64,000 nt of DNA from Mobula hypostoma. Taxonomy: Eukaryota. This document shows positions 51,401-60,490 of the stretch, one piece after another; the first letter of the stretch is position 1, and each line of letters begins with the position of its first letter. The notes below the pieces were generated by a model. That model saw only the letters and a program-made list of their open reading frames with translations, did no database searches and was not told the DNA's origin. The DNA lies in the NCBI RefSeq assembly GCF_963921235.1, contig NC_086097.1, positions 175,338,001 through 175,402,000 of the forward strand. The letters run 5' to 3'. Position numbers and translations under genes: made by a program.

Positions 51401-52659
51401 AAAGGGGAAATCGTGCTTGACTAATCTTCTGGAATTTTTCGAGGATGTAACTATGAAAATGGACAAGGGAGAGCCAGTGGATGTAGTGTACCTGGACTTT
51501 CAGAAAGCCTTTGATAAAGTCCCACATAGGAGATTAGTGGACAAAATTAGGGCACATGGTATTGGGGGCAGAGTACTGACATGGATTGAAAATTGGCTGG
51601 CTGACAGAAAACAAACAGTAGCGATTAATGGGTCCCTTTCAGAATGGCAGGCGGTGACCAATGGGGTACCGCAGGTTCAGTGCTGGGACTGCAGCTGTTT
51701 ACAATATATATTAATGATTTAGATGAGGGAATTAAAAGTAACATTAGCAAATTTGCCGATGACACAAAGCTGGATGGCAGGGTGAAATGTGAGGAGGATG
51801 TTATGAGAATGCAGGGTGACTTGGACAGGCTGGGTGAGTGGGCAGATCCATGGCAGATGCAGTTTAATGTGGATAAATGTGAGGTTATCCACTTTGGTGG
51901 CAGATTATTATCTAAATAGAGTCAAGTTAGGAAAAGGGGAAGCACAATGAGATCTAGGTGTTCTTGTACATCAGTCATTGAAAGCAAGCATGCAGGTACA
52001 GCAGGCAGTGAAGAAAGCTAATGGCATGCTGGCCTTCATAACAAGGGGAATTGAGTGTAAGAGCAAAGAGGTCCTTCTGCAGCTGTACAGGGCCCTGGTG
52101 AGACCACACCTGGAGTACTGTGTGCAGTTTTGGTCTCCAAATTTGAGGAAGGACATTCTTGCTATTGAGGGAGTGCAGCGTAGGTTCACAAGGTTAGTTC
52201 CCGGGATGGCGGGACTGTCATATGTCGAAAGATTGGAGTGACTGGGTTTGTATACTCTGGAATTTAGAAGGCTGAGAGGGGATCTTATTGAAACATGTAA
52301 GATTATTAAGGGATTGGACACGCTGGAGGCAGGAAGCATGTTCCCGCTGATGGGTGAGTCCAGAACCAGAGGCCACAGTTTAGGAATAAGGGGTAGGCCA
52401 TTTAGAACGGAGTTGAGGAAAAACTTTTTCACCCAGAGAGTGGTGGATGTATGGAATGCTGTGCCCCGGAAGGCTGTGGAGGCCAAGTCTCTGGATGCTT
52501 TCAAGAAAGAGATGGATAGAGGTCTTAAAGATAGCGGAATCAAAGGTTATGGGGATAAGGCAGGAACTGGATACTGATTGTGGATGATCAGCCATGATCA
52601 CAGTGAATGGTGGTGCTGGCTCAAAGGGCCGAATGGCCTACTCCTGCCCTATTGTCTAT
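48418..52659 (+). mobile_element. Full-length CR1 LINE (5' UTR, ORF1 zinc-finger/leucine-zipper plus SGNH esterase, ORF2 EN-RT), frameshifted
   Basis: ORF1 CTAC...CGKC and VGDS...STND...DGLHL (48673-49615). ORF2 YMNARS, ITETWL, GDFN, GSDH, GPDG, FADD, LEYCVQFW (about 49800-52577). Tail (ctattgt)2; TSD tgtga at 48413-48417 and 52660-52664. Confidence 0.93.
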
Positions 52660-53030
52660 TGTGACATTTGTTTCAGTATTCACAGTGAGAGGGACTGTGA
52701 TGTTTGTTTCAGTATTCACAGTGAGAGGGACTGTGATGTTCGTTTCAGTATTCACAGTGAGTGTGGCTGTGATGTTTGTTTCAGTATTGACAGTGGTAGG
52801 GACTGTGATGTTCGTTTCAGTATTGACAGTGAGAGGGACTGATGTTTATTTCAGTATTCACAGTGGGAGGGACTGTGATGTTTCAATATTCACAGTGAGA
52901 GGGACTGTATTGTTTTCTTCAGTATTCACAGTGAGAGGGACTGTGATGTTTGTTTCAGTATTCACAGTGAGAGGGACTGATGTTTATTTCAGTATTCACA
53001 GTGGAGGGGTTGTGATGTTTGTTTCAGCTT
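52660..53030. repeat. Satellite block 3, continuing after the CR1
   Basis: Same unit, resuming in register after the TSD. Confidence 0.93.
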
Positions 53031-54845
53031 TACGATGCGAGGGACCTTCTCATTTGCTTCAGTATTCTCCATTGCAGGCTGATTGAGAAAGTCAGGAGGT
53101 GTGGGATCCAGGGAAACATGTCTGCCTCGATATAGGGCTGTCTTGCCCATGGAAGGCGGAAGGTAGTAGCAAACATAGAGAACTGTGCCTGGAGGATGGT
53201 GACCAGAATCTGTTTGAGGGTATGGAGACCAGGTCATTGGGTGCATTTAAGGCAGAAGTTGATAGGTTCTTGATTAGACAGAGTGTGAAGGGTAATGGGG
53301 GAGGAGGCAGGAGACTGGGGTTGAGAGGGAAAATGGATCAACCATGACGAAATGGCAGCCCAGACTCGATGGGCTTCTGTCTCTTATGGTCTGTGTAAAA
53401 CTCTGGTTAGACCACAGTCTTGGTCACCTCATTAAAGAAAGGATGTGGTAGCTTTAGAGAGGGTGCAGAGGAGATTTGCCAGTCTGCTGTCTGAGTTAGA
53501 GGGCATGGCTTGAGCAAGTTAGGGCTTTTCTGTTTTGAGTGAAAGGTGATGAGGTGAATTGGTAGATGTGAACGAGATCACAAGAGGCATAGTTCGAGTG
53601 GATAGCAAGAGACTTTTTCTCGGGTGGAAATAGCTAATACTAGGAGATATAATTTTGAGATAATTTGAGGAAGGTACGTTATGTCAGGGGTACATTATTT
53701 ATGTAATGCACGCTTTGCCTAGGGGCATGATCTCAAGGTGGGTAGACCCCTGCCCGGCCAAACTTTAGAACTCCCATTTGGGTGGATGCTGTGTGAGGTG
53801 TCCCCTGTGTCAAATCAGTACCCCAAAATAACAAACAGTACACAATATGCGGTTAAACAAGTAAGATTTTATAACTCTTACTTGGACTGTGAGACTAGTA
53901 GAGAACAAAATATAAAATAGAAAGTACCAGGAGTTTATTTAAACAGTTTGTGCACAATTTGTTGGAGCTCACGGTTTCCCTTCGCTGATTCCTCCTTCGA
54001 TCCTTGTCGACCTTCGGCTCCCGCCGGAGCCCGAAGGGTCGGGCAGCCCACTACTCCTCATGTCGTGTCTTCTCTCTTCATTCCCCTCACGCCTTCTCCC
54101 CAAAGCCCGGGAAAACCAATGGCTTTCACTCAAACAAGAAAGAATAACATCTCACCCATTGGTTAGCAACTGAATTCCAAAGTCCCGTTATCTCTACCTA
54201 TAACCCAAACGTGCTGCTACAGAGAATCCATTACCTCAGCAATTAACATTACAGAGAAGCCATTTTATTGTAACACTACAGAGAAGCCATTTTATTAGCC
54301 TTAGCAGTTAACATAAAAGAGAAACCTTTACACTCTCCCCCCCACCAAATTTAGTCATGTCCTCATGACATTGAGATAATTCGCCAACCCCTTCCTGTAA
54401 ACACAAAAACCCAATCCAGGTACCAACAGTGACATACCTCTCCAAACAATAGACCTCACACCCTGTTCCCCAGGCGCTACATCGGCCAACCTATCCGGGA
54501 GTTTCCTAATCCTCTGAGACCTCTGTACCCCCTCACCTAACCCTTCAGGCTCAGACACTACTGGGGATACTTCGGGTCTACTTGCCGAATCCTCTCTCAA
54601 TCTATCACTCATGCCCCCCTGCAACTCGGAGCTCCCTGTCTCGTGATCAGGCCCCGCTGTCTCTCCTTCAGATCCTGCAGTAACCCAGGCTGCCCACAGC
54701 TAGCCACCCTCCCCCCACCCACTTCACCTGACTTAGTGGGAGAAGGGCCAGGAATCTCTTCCTCAAACAAAGGGAAGTTAGCGAAAGGCAGCATGTACCA
54801 CACCTCCATCTCATCATTCTTTGAATCCGTATTCTTCTCCTTTTC

Positions 54846-55818
54846 CTCGATTTGTGGCTGCTGTTTGGTTTTCTCCAACCTGGAGCACTTGGCCTGGGCT
54901 GCCTTTGCAGCCTCTTCAGCCCCCTGCAATCGAGACGTCAGCTTCTTCTTGGACTCCTCCAACTCTCGACGCAGTCGCAGCAGTTCTGACTCACACTTCT
55001 TGTCCATCTCCATCTGGGACGCAGTTACTCCACCAGCTTCTTCCAATCTATCAGTAAGGCCTTTCAGTTTCCTGGTAAGATCACCTCGCTGTTTCTCGAC
55101 CTTGGTTCTCATAGATCGCTCTGCATGCAACTCCTCCTTCAGTTCCTCAACCCAGGCCTGATATTCCTTAATCTTCCTCTAAAGAGCGCAGTTAAAGATT
55201 GTTCATCCTCTAGTTTAGCTTATCCTATAGATAAGCTGAACTTATCTCCAGCTCTTTCTTCTTAATGACTTCTTCCAGGCCAACTTTCCGTTTTTCCATT
55301 TCATTTAGGCTCTCAATGGTCATCTTCAGGTCCCCTTCAAGCTTCCACTTCCCTCTTCCAAGATCTGTCTGCAATTGCTTCTCCTCCTCTGAATTGTATT
55401 CAGACTCCCCTCTCTGTGCTCTCAGTTTTCTGTGGGCCTTAGTCAGACAGCTTTCTTTGTCTTCCCTAACTTGCAAGTCTTCCAATCTGTTCTGGATCAA
55501 TTTCTCCAATTTCTGCTTATCCTTTCGAAGGTTGGTTATTGTTTCATCTCTCTGGTTTAATTCATCAGTAAGTAACCACAGTTTCTGCTCTGAATTCTGT
55601 TTCTCTGTCCCCACTTTGACGCGCGTGGACTCCAATTCTTCAATGTTTGTCCCAAGATTGCGGCCCTCAGTCTCCAGTCTGCATTTCTGAGCGTTCAGTT
55701 CAGCGGTGCAAATCTCCTCCCTCAGCAGTCTCTCTTTCAGATCGGCGACCTGGGTTTCCAGCTCCAGGTTCACCTTCAGGTGCTGCGTGCAATGCTGCTC
55801 AATGTCAGCCCGACTCTC
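54846..55818 (-). pseudogene. MYH16: Captured intronless myosin heavy chain rod fragment (MYH16-like) replacing the integrase core
   Basis: [70 protein letters not shown]...[21 protein letters not shown] and [15 protein letters not shown]...LEKTKQ are sarcomeric myosin S2/LMM motifs. MYH16 is the closest paralog as I recall the sequences. Confidence 0.8.
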
Positions 55819-57393
55819 CCGATCCTTGTCCATGTCCACCCCCTCAGGCACCTGTCGTGACAAAACATCCACATCGATGTTCCGGCTCCCCGGCCGGTAC
55901 TTCAGGCTGAAATCATTGGCGGACAACACTGCCAACCTCGGATGGCCCGTGGCATCCAGTTTCACCGAGGTCATGATATGAGTTAGGGGATTGCTGGCCG
56001 TCTGCACCTCAAAATTAACCCCGTAGAAAGAGTCACTCAGCTCATCCACTCACCGCCCGTTCCAATGCCAGGAAGTTCAACTTCTGCGTTGGGTAATTTC
56101 TCTCGGAGGGCGTCAAACTCCGGCTGACAAACTCCACGAGTCTCAACCCGGTGCCTTAATCCTGTTATGGGACGCCCCCTAAACTGTCTCAGCTGTCCAC
56201 AGAAACCAGCACCAGCGCCTGGAGCAGCAACTCCTTTAGCGATTGAGAAGCTTCCTCACATTTTACATTCCACTTCTGTCCAAAAAGCCTCGACGGGTTT
56301 AAATATTCTCCACCCTCCGGTCCTTTATTCCCTCTCCCTGTCTTCCCCATGCCCCGCTGGAAGGTTGCAGGGGCTCCGGATATGCCCAGGGGCATCTTTT
56401 CCGACTGGAAGAACCCCAGGGGACATATAACTGTCGTCTTCTGTTTGTCGGCCTCACTCATCGGGATCTGGTAACGTCCACTCCTCAGATCCAGTACATT
56501 AAACTACCTTGCCGTACTCGGACAGACCAGCGCCTCTTCAACTCTCAGGACCGCATACTGACCAGGGACGATGCGCCTGTTCAGAGTCCTATAAACCACA
56601 TACATGCGTACCTCCCCTTTCTTCTTCCTGGCCACTACTCGTGGGGACTCATAGAGGCTTTGAAACCCAGGGATGATCCGCAGCCTCCACATCTGCAGGG
56701 GCCAGTCGCCGCGACCTCTCCCCAAACGGGGTGTCCTCAGCCATCAACTCTCCCCCCTCATGGTATTCCGGAACGCCCACTATGAGGGCTTCTCTTTCAG
56801 ACACTCCGGGAAATTTTCGAGTCCCCATCACTCTCGCTACTTTCCTGGGCCGTACCACCATTGACTTCGACTGGGTGAACCACACAGTCCCTTGTTTAAA
56901 TTCGGTACCCAGCCCGCTCCTGCCACACACATCCTCAAACGCAGCTCGAAACACTGGGTGAATGGACAATGTCCCCGAACAGTTCTCACCTGCCTTCTTC
57001 TTACAGGCCCCCATGAGCCTCCTCACCAGCCGGTTGTTGGTCCCCTCCAGAATTGAAACGCTGCCCATCTCAACAGTGTCCGGACACATCAGCACTAACG
57101 ACTCCCGGCCCTCAAACACCCCCACATCAGTCTCCCAGAACTGCAGTTTCATTGACCAATAACCGTCGTATGGATAATCACCAGCACTGATACCCCAAAA
57201 CTCCAGTGCCCTGAATGGTGTCAAGGGTAAATGCTTCGGATACCAGTTGTAAAATGCATGGTATAGTAACTTGACCTGCGACCCGGTGTCGAGGATGGCT
57301 TTAGCATAGCTTCTATCTATCCGTAACGACACACCGGAGTGTGGTCCCACTAAGCCTTCATGAATAGGGTCCTTTTCTTTCAGGAGTTCCTTG
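55819..57393 (-). pseudogene. Gypsy pol remnant: protease, RT, RNase H
   Basis: [88 protein letters not shown]. Confidence 0.85.
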
Positions 57394-57641
57394 TGTTACC
57401 TACCCCGTAACTGGGTTGTCAAACCAGCAGAAATAGAACACTCGTTGAAGTCTGTGATTACTAGAAACTAATAAAGTTTTGTTAACAAAAATAAGTAATG
57501 CAGTACACTAACCGCAAGGATATAAATGTAACAGGTTAGCAATGATAGTATACACATATACACAGAAATAGGGTAATAGGAATCATCCAAGCTCTATCGC
57601 AGTCTAGGTGATCAGTCTTAAGGTGAAGCAGAGTTTGTACC

Positions 57642-57703
<62 letters not shown>

Positions 57704-58233
57704 CAGTTGAGGTTACAGGCAAACCTTTCGATGCCTTCTGATCCCACTACGGTCACTGACTGTGACCCCTCCGTTCCGGATGCGACCGTTCTTCCGTGGT
57801 GAACCTGGCACCCAGGCAAGGGCGGACACACAACAGGTCCCCACCGGTCATACCTTTACACCCTGTGAGCCTCTGGCCGATTCCCGCGAATCGATCCTTC
57901 AAACTCCCACCAACTTGTGGGGCACAATGCTCTTTCCAGGGTCTCATGACGTGTGTCTTGTGCCTTAGCAAACCCGCTATTTTTATCTCTCGATGGGGTA
58001 TCGCCTGCCCATCAAACTTCACACTTCCTATTGTCTCAGCAGGATTGTTAATGAACAGTTCAGGTTCAAAGCAAACTGTCTGTGGCAGACGCCAACATAA
58101 TGAATTATGTGTCTCTCTCTCGTTATCTCTCTCTTCTCTCTTATTAACATTTTGAATGGTTTTCCGTTGTCTCTCGTTATCTCTCTCATTAACATCATCC
58201 GTTCTGCAGCTCTGCTTGACTTCACACATGACA
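57394..58233. mobile_element. Solo LTR (840 bp) nested in the Gypsy gag region, containing (GA)n at 57646-57698
   Basis: TGTTAC...TGACA termini with TSD cttg (57390-57393, 58234-58237); homologous to 29583-30432. Confidence 0.88.
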
Positions 58234-59048
58234 CTTGGTACATTGCTGGGAACGTGTTCCCCCAGAGACACCAGGCCGTTAACCCACTGGGTCTCCTCTA
58301 AGTTTCCCAGCACCCCTCTGATCAGCTGAACAAATGAGGTAGGGGCTATCTGATCCATCCTTAACTTATCCACCTCAGCTGCCTGACTGATCCCCCGACG
58401 CTGCAACCAATTTAGCTGTCTCTCTAGCTGAAAAAGATATGCTGAAAGCTTTTCCCCATTTTTCTGACTCATGTTTTGAAACCCCACCCCAAGCTGCATT
58501 TCGCTCCCAGTCGAACCAAACGCCTTGTCCCGCGCTTGCAAATAACTGACAGCTGTCACTACGGGGTAATGGAACCTGCCCGTTCTAACAACATCAGCAG
58601 CCCACCAATTCAAACTTCCAACCAATCTCTGTCACTTTTTGTCATCCAAGCACAGCCCCTCATCTGACAACTGAGAGGTCTGTTCCACCCCCGTCTCGTA
58701 CACCTTTGCCCCTTTAGGGATGGGTACTATTCCACAAACCAGGCAGAGCCTGCCATAGCTGGAACACTTATTCACCAAAGAAACAAAAATGGACACTACC
58801 TCAAAATTCTCACTCTTCACTGGGGGATGAGGACTAATTAACCATACCAAATCTGACCACTCTTTCCCCTCACTCCTAACAGTATGGACAGCCCATGACC
58901 CGGCCTCATCTGGGGCACCAGTAGACACTGGAAATCCCACCTCTGTGACGTCAGCACTAGTCTGCACTAAAGCAAGGTCTGAGCCCACCATTTTATCAAA
59001 CTTTCGCACTACGATTTCAACTTTTCCAACAGCTTTAACCATATTCAA
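58234..59048 (-). pseudogene. Gypsy gag remnant (PNMA/Ma-like capsid)
   Basis: SYGRLCLVCGIVPIPKG..YETGVEQ and AFGSTGS...QKNGEKLSAYLFQLERQL resemble PNMA-type Gypsy gag. Stops and frameshifts are present. Confidence 0.7.
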
Positions 59049-60003
59049 AAATCAAATTACATTACATCCAGGGTACGACTATCCACCCTGCTCAACCTGT
59101 TACTAACCACAATTCCACAGAGGCACACCAGCACTGATTTATGCAGGGCGATCACATAGTATCCCACAGAATCAAATCGATGGACGAGCCCCCACATTGT
59201 AACACTCGCCTTGCCTAGTGGCATGATCTCGAGGGTGGTAACCCCCCTGCCCAGCCAAACAGTAGAACTCCCCTTTGGGTGGATGCTGCATGAAGTGTCC
59301 CCTCTGTCAAATCAGTACCCCAAAATAACAAACAGTACACAATATGTGGTTAAACAAGTAAGATATTATAACTCTTACTGTGACTATGAGACTAGTGGAG
59401 AACAAAATATAAAATAAAAGGTGCCAAGAATTTATTTAATCCGTTCGTGCACAATTCATTGGAGCTCACAATTTCCCTTCACTGATTCCTCCTTCGATCG
59501 TCGTCAATCCTCGGCTCCCGCCAGAGCCCGGAGGGTTGGGCAGCCCACCGACTCCTCAAGTCACGTCTCCTCTCTTCATTCCCCTCGTGCCTTCTCCCCA
59601 AAGCCCACGAAAACCAACAGCTTTCACACAAACAAGAAAGAATAACATCTCGCCCATTGGTTAGCAACTGAATTCCAAAGTCCCGTTATCTCTACCTATA
59701 ACCCAAACGTGCTGCTACAGAGAACCCATTACTTCAGCAGTTAACATTACAGAGAAGCCATTTTATTGTAACACTACAGAGAAGCCATTTTATTAGCCTT
59801 AGCAGTTAACATAAAAGAGAAACCCTTACATTTACATCAAGAATCATGGGTGTGTGGAACACCATGGCCAGTGTGGTGGTAGTAGCAGATACATTAGGGA
59901 TATAAAAGAGGTTCTTAGATAGGCACATGGATGATAGAAAAATGGAGGGTTTTGTCAGAAAGGAGGATTAGGTTGACCTCAGAGTAAGTTAAAAGGTCGG
60001 CAC

Positions 60004-60471
60004 TGTTGTCACGTGAACAAAGTCACCGGAAAGACGCAATACGAAAAGTACTTTTTATTTGATACACACACTGACAAATAAGCTGACTGCCTTTTGGAGA
60101 AAGAGACCCACTGACCCACTTTCCCACTTTCGGACCAAGAGGTCTGCCTGACACAACACCACATGACAAGTTATACGCTAAAGATCAAAGAAGAGTTCAG
60201 GAAAATTTCATATTTACAATGTTTCCTTTGAACTACACACCACTGTCTTCACACCCGTACTACAACACCCAAATAACGAATTTATATCAGGGTTGTCTGG
60301 TCTTCCAATTAACTTGGGTCATGGTTCTTAGGAACCCATTGTTCAGAGCTATATTTTAGATTTAGTCCGCAGTTCAAATTCACAGCAGAAGACTGGTGGT
60401 TGAAGTCAGTTGCTGAAGTTATTTGCTATATGTGCTAACCCCCAAAAAAATGCTCTAACAGTTCCTCCTCT
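60004..60471 (-). mobile_element. Probable 3' LTR (60004-60460) plus polypurine tract of a further LTR element
   Basis: TGTT...AACA termini. On the minus strand, AATAAA near 60055 and a purine tract agaggaggaa immediately upstream of the LTR. It truncates a CR1 tail. Confidence 0.55.
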
Positions 60472-60490
60472 AGCCCTGATGAACAAAAAT

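Larger units (their letters stand above)
53702..59830 (-). mobile_element. Gypsy/Ty3 LTR retrotransposon, defective, carrying a captured myosin fragment
   Basis: LTRs 53702-54332 and 59198-59830 (TG...CA); TSD ttta; PBS TGGGGGCTCGTCC (tRNA-Pro type) at 59182-59194; PPT at 54333-54343. Internal PNMA-like gag, protease DTGS, RT and RNase H remnants. Confidence 0.93.
53390..60003 (+). mobile_element. Old CR1 3' end (53390-53701 plus 59831-60003), host of the Gypsy insertion
   Basis: CR1 RT C-terminal sequence (ctctggttagaccaca...) breaks at 53701 and resumes at 59831 (gtgtggaac...cttagataggcacatggatg...ggtcggcac). Confidence 0.7.

Noticed and set aside
54609..56049. A functional host myosin gene
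   Set aside because: Intronless, no motor domain, frameshifted and internally deleted, and embedded between LTRs.
58234..59048. Domesticated PNMA-family host gene
   Set aside because: It is the gag of the surrounding LTR element, with stops and a nested LTR.
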